The notes: a model not told the origin generated them from the sequence alone. A DNA stretch of 64,000 nucleotides from Patescibacteria group bacterium (GCA_028865725.1 JAGWJP010000001.1:55377-119376); one strand, 5' to 3'; numbered from the stretch's first letter, positions 20,196 to 28,946 are shown. Made by a program: numbers and translations.

Positions 20196-20375
20196 ATGAT
20201 TTCTGAAGAGGCATTTGAAGAATACAAAAAGATATATAAAGAAGAATTTGGTGCCGATATTACTGATGAAGAGGCAATGGAACAAGCCACAAGTCTTTTG
20301 ACGATGATGAACGCTATCTACAGACCCGTCAAAAAGGAGTGGCTTGATGATTTGGAAAAACGTGATAATGTATAA
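20196..20375 (+). CDS. Small hypothetical protein, a paralog of the ORF at 12739-12957
   Basis: MISEEAFEEYKKIYKEEFGADITDEEAMEQATSLLTMMNAIYRPVKKEW. Confidence 0.4.
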   Translation: MISEEAFEEYKKIYKEEFGADITDEEAMEQATSLLTMMNAIYRPVKKEWLDDLEKRDNV

Positions 20376-20559
20376 GATATTATTTTCTTTTCTTTGAACC
20401 AGATATATAATCAAGATATGATACATCCTAAAAACACAAATAATAAGAAAACAGCCCACTCGAAGGGGTTTAATTGGGATAAGTTTAATTTGGACAGATT
20501 TTTTAAGGATGCAGAAAGGGTGGGGAAAATAATTAGAAGAAAAGGAGGATATTCTGAAA

Positions 20560-21111
20560 ATGACAGACGAAACATTTTGGAAAGATAAATCGGTTATTCT
20601 TGATACAAATATCCTTTCGCAGTTAGCAAAGGAAAAACGGGCGGATAAGTTCCGTCCCGTTTTTGATTTTTTTAAAAACAATAATATCGACCCACTTTTG
20701 ATTGATGCAACTTATTTTGAACTTTTAGGATTTACGGCAAATAAAAGCGATTTCGATTTTCTTGCTGAATGGGTTAAACAGTTTCCAATATTGCCGACCA
20801 AATCGGAGGATGTTGAATTAGCGTCCCTACTCTCGTCTTATTATAAAAACCTAGACCCCGAACTTAACAAAAAACAGATATCATACTGTGATTGTTTGCA
20901 CGCAGCACAACTGATTAAATTTGGTGGACGGGTATTTATTGTAACTACTGATATACATGATTATCCCATTTCTATTTTTGATATAAAAAGTATTCAAATT
21001 ATTGAAGATAATAAAAAAGCTGTGCTAGTTGGATTTATCACTTTTAATAAAGAGAAACTAGAAAAAGCAAGAATAAATTTTGAGAAATCAATTCAGGAGA
21101 AACGAGGATAG
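20560..21111 (+). CDS. PIN-domain protein (putative nuclease / toxin-like)
   Basis: Acidic residues arranged as in PIN domains: ILDTNIL, FELLG, YCDCLHAA, VTTDIHDY. Confidence 0.55.
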   Translation: MTDETFWKDKSVILDTNILSQLAKEKRADKFRPVFDFFKNNNIDPLLIDATYFELLGFTANKSDFDFLAEWVKQFPILPTKSEDVELASLLSSYYKNLDPELNKKQISYCDCLHAAQLIKFGGRVFIVTTDIHDYPISIFDIKSIQIIEDNKKAVLVGFITFNKEKLEKARINFEKSIQEKRG

Positions 21112-21177
21112 ATACTATTAGGTTTTTTTCAATCAATAAACCAAACCTGACGTTGTTGGTGACAATTATAAAAAGTA

Positions 21178-21206
21178 TTGACTTTTCTTACAAAATACTA
21201 TATAAC
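21178..21206 (+). promoter_or_regulatory. Candidate sigma-70 promoter for the DGR-1 target gene
   Basis: TTGACT, 17 nt, TATAAC. Followed by a ~135-nt leader with a long imperfect stem before the RBS AAAGGAGG. Confidence 0.4.
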
Positions 21207-21343
21207 ATAATTATCCTGTTCTTTAACATGGTAAAATTCAGTATGAGACGAGCGTTTTGGATGCCAAATAGAGGTGGTTTTCAGACCGCTCTTCTCATCC
21301 GAGAGAGCCAGGAGCAATCCTGATTTCATAAAGGAGGTGTGCG

Positions 21344-22129
21344 ATGTCTAACATCGTAAGCCCAAACAAACTGTCAGTACACAAGCAGCACGAGGTGCTT
21401 CTCAAGCTCGAAGCAGCGGGTCTCAACGACACCCTTGCCCAGAAGCTCGTCGACTCCAAAGACAATGACCTTGCTACGAGAGTGGTACGGCTCATCGAAA
21501 ACGGAGGCATCGAGCCGAGCACGAGTCAGAAGATGGCACGTAGCATCATGGGCAAGAACTTCTTTGGTGTGGAAGAGGCAGTGAAGCACTTCGGTGTCAA
21601 TCCCACGAAGGCTCAGCTCGCTCTTCTCGCCGAGATTCCGTTTACCAAAGCGGAGCTCAAAGAAAAGAAGAACTCCCATATCCTCGTCGCCGTCTTCCCG
21701 CTCTCCATCCTCGACATTCGTGGCAAGATGACCACCAAGGTTTTCTACAACCAGGACTGGTACAACAACCAGGACTGGTACAACAACCAGGACTTCGCCA
21801 AGAATCGTGGAGAAGTGGGATGGTATCTCATTCGCAAGACTCCCGTGGAGAATTCGACGAACAAGACGTGGCAAGAGCAGCAGGCTCTTCTCTCCGACAA
21901 GGATGAGACGCCGACTGCTCGGGTCATGGTCTATGCTATCGTCGGTCATTACCTGGCAACGGGTGAGCGACTTTTTGAGAGAATCTATGTACGCTGTTCG
22001 GACCTCGGTTCGGACGGCCGCCGTGTCAGCGTCGGTTACTTCGCTGCTCGTGGGCTGGGCGTCAGCGACTGCTGGGGTGATGACCGTTTCTCCAGCGTCG
22101 GTCTCGCCTCCGCTCGGAAGTCCAACTGA
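21344..22129 (+). CDS. DGR-1 target (variable) protein. Its C-terminal ~40 aa are encoded by the variable repeat.
   Basis: 261 aa. The C-terminus ...GSDGRRVSVGYFAARGLGVSDCWGDDRFSSVGLASAR is homologous to TR1 with adenine-specific differences. Shares NQDWYN and other segments with the DGR-2 targets. Confidence 0.8.
   Translation: MSNIVSPNKLSVHKQHEVLLKLEAAGLNDTLAQKLVDSKDNDLATRVVRLIENGGIEPSTSQKMARSIMGKNFFGVEEAVKHFGVNPTKAQLALLAEIPFTKAELKEKKNSHILVAVFPLSILDIRGKMTTKVFYNQDWYNNQDWYNNQDFAKNRGEVGWYLIRKTPVENSTNKTWQEQQALLSDKDETPTARVMVYAIVGHYLATGERLFERIYVRCSDLGSDGRRVSVGYFAARGLGVSDCWGDDRFSSVGLASARKSN
21749..21794 (+). repeat. Tandem 18-bp repeat (2.5 units) inside the DGR-1 target
   Basis: aaccaggactggtacaac repeated. 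Encodes NQDWYN-NQDWYN-NQD. Confidence 0.8.
22002..22123 (+). repeat. DGR-1 variable repeat (VR1)
   Basis: ~122 bp matching TR1 (22490-22611). Every mismatch is at a TR adenine (e.g. TR AAC to VR CGC/AGC/TAC). GC-rich 3' end atcggtctcgcctccgctcgg is identical (IMH-like). Confidence 0.8.
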
Positions 22130-22489
22130 ACCTAGAACCTTGAAGCCTTGAGCTTCTTCGACCCCTTGAGTTTCCCGCAACGATTTGCGTGAGACTCTTG
22201 GGGTTTTTTCTTTTTGAATTCTTTTTTGATACAATATCCTTGTTCTGCTTTTGAAGGTGAGGCTACGGTTTCATCTCGCAGATGTCTCTTCTTTGAGACT
22301 TCGCCAGAATAGCAGTTGTCTACGGATACCGCTAGCGTGCGAATAAAGATGGAGATTGGACTTCTTGCTCATCTTTGGTGGAGATGGTTTCACAACTTGC
22401 TCCCAAATAAAATACAGAAAGGAGAGGATATAGACTCCCGTGAGTAGTAACCCTCGATTTTCAGTGACAGAGAGGAAGATGGGCAAATT

Positions 22490-22611
22490 TCTCGATTCGG
22501 ACGGCAACCGTGTCAACGTCGGTAACTTCGATGCTAATGGGCTGAACGTCAACAACTACTGGGATGATAACCGTAACTCCAACATCGGTCTCGCCTCCGC
22601 TCGGCACTCTT
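22490..22611 (+). repeat. DGR-1 template repeat (TR1), rich in AAC codons
   Basis: gattcggacggcaaccgtgtcaacgtcggtaacttcgatgctaatgggctgaacgtcaacaactactgggatgataaccgtaactccaacatcggtctcgcctccgctcgg. Followed by the hairpin aacacccc-tttc-ggggtgtt. Confidence 0.8.
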
Positions 22612-22645
22612 TTCTCTATCACAACAACACCCCTTTCGGGGTGTT

Positions 22646-22996
22646 TTAGTAACTTTTTGTTGCTTTAATCCAACCCCCGAGCATTTTTCCAATTTCATCA
22701 ATATGTTCCTGAAGTATGATATATTTTTTAGCATCAATCGCTTTTACCTCTTTTGATAATCGCACCAATACCCGCAAGAGATTTAATTTCACGCTTGTTT
22801 TTTCAAGTATTGGGAGTTTCTCCATTTTTGTACTCTGGCTTGCGGCGAGAAGAAATTCTACAATATCTAACATTATTGTTTCGCACCGTTGCCATAGAAT
22901 ATAACGGTCTTGTTTTGCAACTGTGTTCCGATAGCTATACAGTGTTTTATACAGCTCATACGTTTTCTTAAAAATTGGGATATCGAATTCGTCCAT
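22646..22996 (-). CDS. avd: Avd-like accessory variability determinant of DGR-1 (four-helix-bundle family)
   Basis: 116 aa and helical. Divergent from the RT with a 4-nt gap. Paralog of the C-terminal part of the 61345-61719 ORF (DIPIFKKTY...IGKMLGGWI). Confidence 0.7.
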   Translation of the reverse strand: MDEFDIPIFKKTYELYKTLYSYRNTVAKQDRYILWQRCETIMLDIVEFLLAASQSTKMEKLPILEKTSVKLNLLRVLVRLSKEVKAIDAKKYIILQEHIDEIGKMLGGWIKATKSY

Positions 22997-23000
22997 AATT

Positions 23001-24047
23001 ATGAAAGTTTATAAGAATGTTTTTGAAGAAATAATTTCGTTAGAAAATTTGTTTGCTGCATGGGATACCTTCAAGAGCAACAAACAGAAGAAACGAGACG
23101 TACAAGCATTTGAATGGAATCTTGAACATAACATCTTCGAACTCCATAGAGCTTTGAAGTCAGGGCGTTATCGCCATGGTTCCTACACCTCGTTCTTTAT
23201 TCAAGACCCGAAGCAACGTCATATTCATAAGGCATTGGTACAAGATAGGATATTGCATCACGCTCTCTTTACGGTATTGAATCCAATCTTTGAATCCACG
23301 TTTATTGCTCATTCGTTTTCGTGCCGTGTAAACAAGGGAACTCACAAAGGCATAGAAGTTCTCGAAGGAATGATACGAAAAATAACCCACAATGGGGTTC
23401 ATATGGCGTTTGCTTTGAAATGTGATGTCCAAAAGTTCTTTGGGTCGGTTGACCATCAAACTCTGAAGTCTATCCTTGCTCGAAAAATCAAAGATGTTCA
23501 GGCACTGGACTTGTGTAGCAAGATTATCGACAGTTTTGCCACAAACCCGTTGGGGGGGGGGCGTTATAGGAGGGGTTTGCCGATTGGTAACCTCACCTCG
23601 CAATTGTTTGCCAACATCTATCTGAATGAATTTGACCAGTTTATTAAGCATGATTTGAAAGTGAAAAATTACGTACGGTATACCGATGATTTTGTCATTG
23701 TGCACCAGAGTGAGGAAGAACTCAAGAACCTTTTACCGAAGATACGAGAATTTTTGAGCACGAGATTAAAACTTACCTTGCATCCCCGAAAAGTTATCTT
23801 GAATAAAACATCCCAAGGAGTCGATTTCTTGGGGTATGTACTTTTGCTTCATCACAGAGCGTTGCGTACGAAAACAAGGAGGCGGATAGTGAGAAAATTC
23901 AAATTGCGGATGGGGGAGTATAGAAAGGGAGTTATTACAAGGCAGACCCTTGAACAGTCGTTGCAATCCTATCTCGGTGTTCTTTCTCACGCAGATAATT
24001 ATGTGATTTCCGAAGGATTAAAGAATATGCTTTGGTTTTGGAAATAG
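23001..24047 (+). CDS. DGR-1 reverse transcriptase
   Basis: 348 aa. Motif GLPIGNLTSQLFANIYLNEFD carries the DGR-specific I/LGxxxSQ. Also YTDDFVIV (YxDD). Confidence 0.85.
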   Translation: MKVYKNVFEEIISLENLFAAWDTFKSNKQKKRDVQAFEWNLEHNIFELHRALKSGRYRHGSYTSFFIQDPKQRHIHKALVQDRILHHALFTVLNPIFESTFIAHSFSCRVNKGTHKGIEVLEGMIRKITHNGVHMAFALKCDVQKFFGSVDHQTLKSILARKIKDVQALDLCSKIIDSFATNPLGGGRYRRGLPIGNLTSQLFANIYLNEFDQFIKHDLKVKNYVRYTDDFVIVHQSEEELKNLLPKIREFLSTRLKLTLHPRKVILNKTSQGVDFLGYVLLLHHRALRTKTRRRIVRKFKLRMGEYRKGVITRQTLEQSLQSYLGVLSHADNYVISEGLKNMLWFWK

Positions 24048-24049
24048 AG

Positions 24050-24172
24050 TAATCAATAAACCAAATCCGCCCCCGTGTCCGAAAAGCTAGGAATATACAC
24101 TGTAGCATCATTTCTACGCTCAAAAATAGTTCTAACATCCCACACTACGGCACCCACTTTACAAAATAGCAT
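24050..24172. repeat. ~125 bp intergenic repeat, copy A (family shared with 26882-27008 and the 21127 stub)
   Basis: Begins aatcaataaaccaaatc. About 80% identical to copy B over about 120 nt. Confidence 0.5.
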
Positions 24173-24371
24173 TAAATTCCAACTATTCGTTCTATCTTTC
24201 CAAGAAAATCGCCACAAAGGCGCACCTCATTCGAGTAGGATTATTCAACAATGACCACTCTGCGTATGCGGTAAATGGATCGCAGATTGAAGATGAACAA
24301 GTGGTTCATGTTTCTGCAAATGCGCCAAAACCCATGCAGATGGGAAATGGCCAGATGTAACGCGTGGCGCA

Positions 24372-24866
24372 CTAGCGCACCACAGCCGTTTCGTAGACAA
24401 TCGCGTAGGTTGAACTTGGGGTAAGCTCTGTATCGGCAAGCGTGTTTACCGGATTGCCGTCTTTGTAGATCGTGAGCGCGTGCGATGTGTCAAGGGGATG
24501 TCCTAAGAAATGGGAGCTATCAAACTTTTGCCGCCAGGTTCCGAAAAAGTCTCCCAGCGTATAGATGATGTGGTCATTTGATTGGATTATCACTGCGCCG
24601 GAAGCGTCGTTCGTGGAAATTACGCGGAGGCATTTTCCTGGGTCATGTCCGATAGAAGGAGAGAGGGGAAGCGGGGCACCATTCAGTGTTATGATAATGT
24701 GTACGGTAAAGCGTTGAAGAATGGGCTGAGTGGGATCAACGCAAGGCACCGCAGGAAGCCCGAGGTAATTCGCGCTATTCTGCGCTGCAACAAGAAGCCA
24801 TGATGTAGTTCCGGCAAGCGCAATAACAATGATGATGGAAACAAAAAATGATACGAATGTTCTCAT
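24372..24866 (-). CDS. Hypothetical secreted protein
   Basis: 164 aa with an N-terminal hydrophobic signal/anchor: MRTFVSFFVSIIIVIALAGTTSWLLVAAQ. Confidence 0.5.
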   Translation of the reverse strand: MRTFVSFFVSIIIVIALAGTTSWLLVAAQNSANYLGLPAVPCVDPTQPILQRFTVHIIITLNGAPLPLSPSIGHDPGKCLRVISTNDASGAVIIQSNDHIIYTLGDFFGTWRQKFDSSHFLGHPLDTSHALTIYKDGNPVNTLADTELTPSSTYAIVYETAVVR

Positions 24867-25089
24867 ATGCTTAATTATAGCCTACTTTTAAAGAAAGCAG
24901 ATGTGGTAAGATAAGAAAAGATTATGAAATACGAAGAATCAACGCCTTCTTCGGGGATGAAAATAGAAGATGCTTTAGTGACTATTCGTTCAAAACGTTC
25001 TTCTATACATTTGGGTGATTCTCAGCTCAAGGCCTTAGAAAAATTTGCTATGGTGATACAAAAAAGAGCCAGATCTGATTAATTCAATT

Positions 25090-25791
25090 ATGATTCAAAT
25101 ACTTTTTGCTCTTTTAGCCGGGATGTTGACGATTGCATCACCATGCATATTGCCGCTTTTGCCAATTCTTCTAGGCGTATCTATTGGACAGACCAATAAG
25201 GTGCGGCCATTATTTATTGTCATTGGTTTTGTTATTGTTTTCTCTACTACAGCAATCCTTTTGTCGATCTTGGTAAGAAATTCAGGGTTTAACCCAAATC
25301 TTATAAGGACAATCGGGATTTTTGCATTAGGGGTTTTTGGTGTCTTAATGCTTTGGCCCACTCCCTTTGAACGCTTTATGCTTCGGTTCAATAGTTTTTT
25401 TGTGAGAGTCGGCATGCTTAGCAACCCAACAAAACAGAGTAATATAAGCGGTTTTGTGTTGGGGATGGTTTTGGGAATCATCTGGACGCCTTGTGCAGGC
25501 CCCGTACTCGCCTCGGTGCTCACTCTCGTGGCACTTCAAAAAGAATTATTGGTAGCAGGTATTTTGCTTGTTGCGTATGCTATCGGTGCTGGTGTGCCTA
25601 TGCTTCTTATTGCATACGGCGGTCAGTATCTTAGTAATAAAATCACGGCTGTTGCAAGATATTCCGGATTATTACAACAGATTTTTGGAGCACTTATTAT
25701 AGTGCTTTCTGTTGCTATCTATTTCAACTACGATATGAAAATATACATGCTGCTTTCAACGTATTTTCCAAATCTTAATCCTCGATTTTAA
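25090..25791 (+). CDS. ccdA: Cytochrome c-type biogenesis / thiol-disulfide transporter, CcdA/DsbD family
   Basis: MIQILFALLAGMLTIASPCILPLLP (SPC motif). Multi-TM. A second Cys in ...TPCAGPVL. Confidence 0.8.
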   Translation: MIQILFALLAGMLTIASPCILPLLPILLGVSIGQTNKVRPLFIVIGFVIVFSTTAILLSILVRNSGFNPNLIRTIGIFALGVFGVLMLWPTPFERFMLRFNSFFVRVGMLSNPTKQSNISGFVLGMVLGIIWTPCAGPVLASVLTLVALQKELLVAGILLVAYAIGAGVPMLLIAYGGQYLSNKITAVARYSGLLQQIFGALIIVLSVAIYFNYDMKIYMLLSTYFPNLNPRF

Positions 25792-25794
25792 ATC

Positions 25795-26862
25795 ATGAAA
25801 ACGAAATCACTACTAGTATTAATAGTGATCATTACAATTGTGATCGGTGCCGGTTTTTATGTTGACACGAGATTACGTGGTATTAACCTTATGTTCAATA
25901 CCACCGTGATCCCTAGAAACGGAACTCAGTCCGATAGTTCTTCGACAGCGGAGGCGTCGCTTGCTTCAAAGATAGACCTTAAGAATTACGGCATGGCTCC
26001 CGATTTTGCTGGAATTAGTACATGGCTTAACAGCAGTCCTTTGACTATCGAAGGTTTGCGTGGAAAGGTCGTGCTCATAGATTTCTGGACATATTCTTGC
26101 ATCAACTGTATTCGCACGCTTCCTTATGTGACGAAGTGGTATGACACCTATAAAAATAATGGTTTTGTTGTTGTAGGAGTCCATACTCCAGAGTTTGCAT
26201 TTGAGCAAGACACGAATAATGTGAAAGACGCTATCCAGTATTTCAATATCCATTATCCTGTTGCTCAAGATAATCAGTACAGAACGTGGAATGCATACAG
26301 CAATCAATATTGGCCAGCCGAATATCTAATCGATAAGAATGGAAATATTGTTCACGTGCATTTTGGAGAGGGTGAGTATGACGTTACTGAAAATATAATA
26401 CGTGCATTGTTGGGTTTGAATCCAGCAACCACGACGGCTCCGAGTAATAGTTTGGACCAAGTGCAATCACCTGAAATGTACTTTGGCACTAATAGGCTTA
26501 ATAATCTGACACCTGAGCAAACCCCTTCGTTATCGTCCACAATGTATTCATTTCCTCAGAATCTTTCTTTAAATAATTTTGCTTTGGAAGGAAACTGGCA
26601 ATTTAGTCCGAAGAGTATTGCGTTAGTAAGTGGTCAAGGAAAAATAAAACTCAAATTCCATTCTGGTAAACTCTATATTGTGGCTTCCAGCGCAAATCCG
26701 AATCAACTTTCTGTTGTGATTGATGGAAAAGATCAGCTCCCCGTTGTGGTAAAAGATTCCAAATTATATACGCTCTTCGATTCAAATGATTACTCTGACC
26801 ATATCGTTGAAGTTACGATAGATCAGCCTGGCTTTAATGCATTTACGTTTACATTCGGATAG
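25795..26862 (+). CDS. Thioredoxin-fold thiol-disulfide oxidoreductase (TlpA/ResA/DipZ-like), membrane anchored
   Basis: VVLIDFWTYSCINCIRTLP CxxC motif. N-terminal TM helix. Follows CcdA with a 3-nt gap. Confidence 0.8.
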   Translation: MKTKSLLVLIVIITIVIGAGFYVDTRLRGINLMFNTTVIPRNGTQSDSSSTAEASLASKIDLKNYGMAPDFAGISTWLNSSPLTIEGLRGKVVLIDFWTYSCINCIRTLPYVTKWYDTYKNNGFVVVGVHTPEFAFEQDTNNVKDAIQYFNIHYPVAQDNQYRTWNAYSNQYWPAEYLIDKNGNIVHVHFGEGEYDVTENIIRALLGLNPATTTAPSNSLDQVQSPEMYFGTNRLNNLTPEQTPSLSSTMYSFPQNLSLNNFALEGNWQFSPKSIALVSGQGKIKLKFHSGKLYIVASSANPNQLSVVIDGKDQLPVVVKDSKLYTLFDSNDYSDHIVEVTIDQPGFNAFTFTFG

Positions 26863-26881
26863 GAAATGCAAGGCGCGCTTT

Positions 26882-27008
26882 TGCGAATCAATAAACCAAA
26901 TCTATCGTTGTGTCTGCAAACGTAGGAACATACACTGTAGCGTCGTTTCTCTGCTCAAACACAATTTTAACATCCTCTACGACGGCACCCAAAGATTTGA
27001 CAAATAGC
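26882..27008. repeat. ~125 bp intergenic repeat, copy B
   Basis: aatcaataaaccaaatctatcgttgtgtctgcaaacgtaggaacatacactgtagcgtcgtttct... Aligns with 24050-24172. Confidence 0.5.
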
Positions 27009-27486
27009 ACGTGATGTGCTATGTTGGTTTTATTCCCATAGAGAGTGGAGGCAAAACTAATGGAAGAGGAGCGTTTTCGAAAGGCTCAAACAAATTATAT
27101 TCGTGCACACAGTAGGTTTGTGCGGTTGGATCGGATGAGTAATCCGCCGAAAGAAAAAGTTGACAGGGCTGAGGATGACCTTCGTACGGCAAGCGATGCA
27201 TGGAAGGCTTTGCAAGATGGCGAGGGGAAGAAAGATAACTAAATATTTTTTTGAGAGCCCCTGGTAATGCCCATGGGTTTTTATATACCAACCATCAGTT
27301 TCTCCAACCCAACCGTAACCTCCCGCTAATGATACATTTTGCCGCTTGGAAATATTCAAGCGGTTTTTTGTTCCTACCACAGCGCATCCCGCTATTTAGC
27401 GTACCTCCGAGCACGGCGTTTACATTATGTATAAATTATGTTATTATATCTTTTGTTCGTTGAAATCAGTATAAGGAGGTAGGTCT

Positions 27487-28737
27487 ATGAAGTCTTTTCG
27501 TGTCTTTCCAGTTACTTCGTTGCTTGATTCCGATTTTTACAAGTTTACGATGGGACAGTTTGTGTTTTTGAATTTTCCAAATGTCGAGGTCGAGTTTGAA
27601 CTTATCAATCGATCTCGTGCGCCGCTTGCGTATCATATTCGTGAAGCGGATCTTCGCGCCACGCTTACCGCGCTTCGTACTTTACGCTTGACTCAAAGTG
27701 AACTTTCTTATTTGCGCGGGTTACGCAATGGAGAAGGGCCTCTTTTTCGCGAGGAATATCTTGATTTTCTTTCGGGACTTTCGTTGCCTCGCTATACGCT
27801 TAAGCGTGACGGCGATACCTATCGTTTGTCATGTCGCGGGCCGTGGCCGCTCGTTATGATGTGGGAGATTCCTGCGCTTGCCACAGTGAATGAACTTTAC
27901 TATCGTGGTCTTTGCGAGGGTCGACAGGATGAGTGTATTACCGTGGGAGACAAGCTTCTACGAGAGAAGATCGCTTTGTTGCGTACTGTACCCAATCTTT
28001 CCTTTAGCGATTTTGGGACGCGCCGGCGTTATAGCAGGGCGTGGCAGGGTCATGTTTTGGAGACGCTTGTTCGGGAAATTCCTTCCCAATTGCAAGGGAC
28101 TTCGAATGTGATGTACGCGATGCGGTACGGTCTTCGGCCTATTGGCACTTCTGCACACGAGCTTCCTATGGTGCTTGCAGCACTCGCATTTGCCAAGAAC
28201 ACCCCAGGGGTATCGGATACCGGAGTGCTTGAGAGCGTTCATCAGTATATTTTTGAACACTGGTTTGAGCTCTATGGCGATTCGCTTTCGATTGCGCTGA
28301 CTGATACGTTTGGAAGTGATTTCTTTTTTCGTACTGCTCCGCGTTGGATTGCAGAGCAATGGCGTGGAACCCGCCAGGATTCAGGCAATCCATTCCGGTA
28401 CGGAGAAGAGGCGATCAGATGGTATGAACGCCATGGAATTGATCCTTCAAAAAAGGTAGTGGTATGGAGCGATCAGTTGGATGTAGCTCTTATGATTACT
28501 ATTCTTGAGCAGTTTTATGGGCGTATTGGCGTTGGGTTTGGTATTGGTACGAATCTTACGAACGATTGCGGCGTCAAGGCCATTTCTCTTGTGATGAAGG
28601 CGATGCGTGCGAATGGACATGATACGGTGAAGCTCAGTGATAACCGCGCGAAGGCGACTGGTCCCCAAAACACTGTTGATCGATATTCCGCAGCGGCAGG
28701 GTATGTCTCGACATTGTATGAAGAATGCCGGTCATAG
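27487..28737 (+). CDS. pncB: Nicotinate phosphoribosyltransferase
   Basis: LLDSDFYKFTMGQ N-terminal hallmark. 416 aa. RBS AAGGAGG upstream. Confidence 0.88.
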   Translation: MKSFRVFPVTSLLDSDFYKFTMGQFVFLNFPNVEVEFELINRSRAPLAYHIREADLRATLTALRTLRLTQSELSYLRGLRNGEGPLFREEYLDFLSGLSLPRYTLKRDGDTYRLSCRGPWPLVMMWEIPALATVNELYYRGLCEGRQDECITVGDKLLREKIALLRTVPNLSFSDFGTRRRYSRAWQGHVLETLVREIPSQLQGTSNVMYAMRYGLRPIGTSAHELPMVLAALAFAKNTPGVSDTGVLESVHQYIFEHWFELYGDSLSIALTDTFGSDFFFRTAPRWIAEQWRGTRQDSGNPFRYGEEAIRWYERHGIDPSKKVVVWSDQLDVALMITILEQFYGRIGVGFGIGTNLTNDCGVKAISLVMKAMRANGHDTVKLSDNRAKATGPQNTVDRYSAAAGYVSTLYEECRS

Positions 28738-28753
28738 CGTAGAATTTTTTTAT

Positions 28754-28780
28754 CCCGCCACATGGCGGGTTTTTGTTTTG
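28754..28780 (+). terminator. Rho-independent terminator, copy 1 of an identical pair
   Basis: cccgcc-acat-ggcggg followed by tttttgttttg. Confidence 0.75.
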
Positions 28781-28946
28781 AAAATATGTATTTTCAAAGA
28801 ATAATGCTGATAATTTGCTGACGTGTTTCATGTTTAGCCTATAGAGTCCACCTCTTGACATATTTTTTAGAAAGTTTTAAAATTTTCATGCTTCACAAGA
28901 AGCAATTCTGGTGGGTTACCGCCACAAGGAGGAAATTCTATTGGAT

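Larger units (their letters stand above)
7916..21111. mobile_element. Putative integrative element / defense island inserted at tRNA-His. The right boundary is uncertain.
   Basis: Serine integrase abutting and overlapping the tRNA 3' end. Cargo includes a primase-helicase, a standalone RT, Type III R-M, a PIN protein and small hypotheticals. No clear att repeat was located by eye. Confidence 0.5.

Noticed and set aside
22130-22210. Terminator after the DGR-1 target
   Set aside because: T-run present (ggggttttttc), but no convincing stable stem by eye. The CTTGA-repeat region is listed instead as a possible cis element.
21374-22234. 286-aa ORF on the minus strand antisense to the DGR-1 target
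   Set aside because: It lies wholly inside the better-supported plus-strand gene. Long antisense ORFs are expected in the GC-rich VR region. No motif.
22440-22649. 69-aa and 64-aa ORFs (22440-22649 and 61138-61332) overlapping the template repeats
   Set aside because: They are better explained as noncoding template repeats. The 61138 ORF is even in the wrong frame relative to the VR reading frame. An in-frame 47-codon reading of TR2 (61157-61300) exists, but TRs are normally untranslated.
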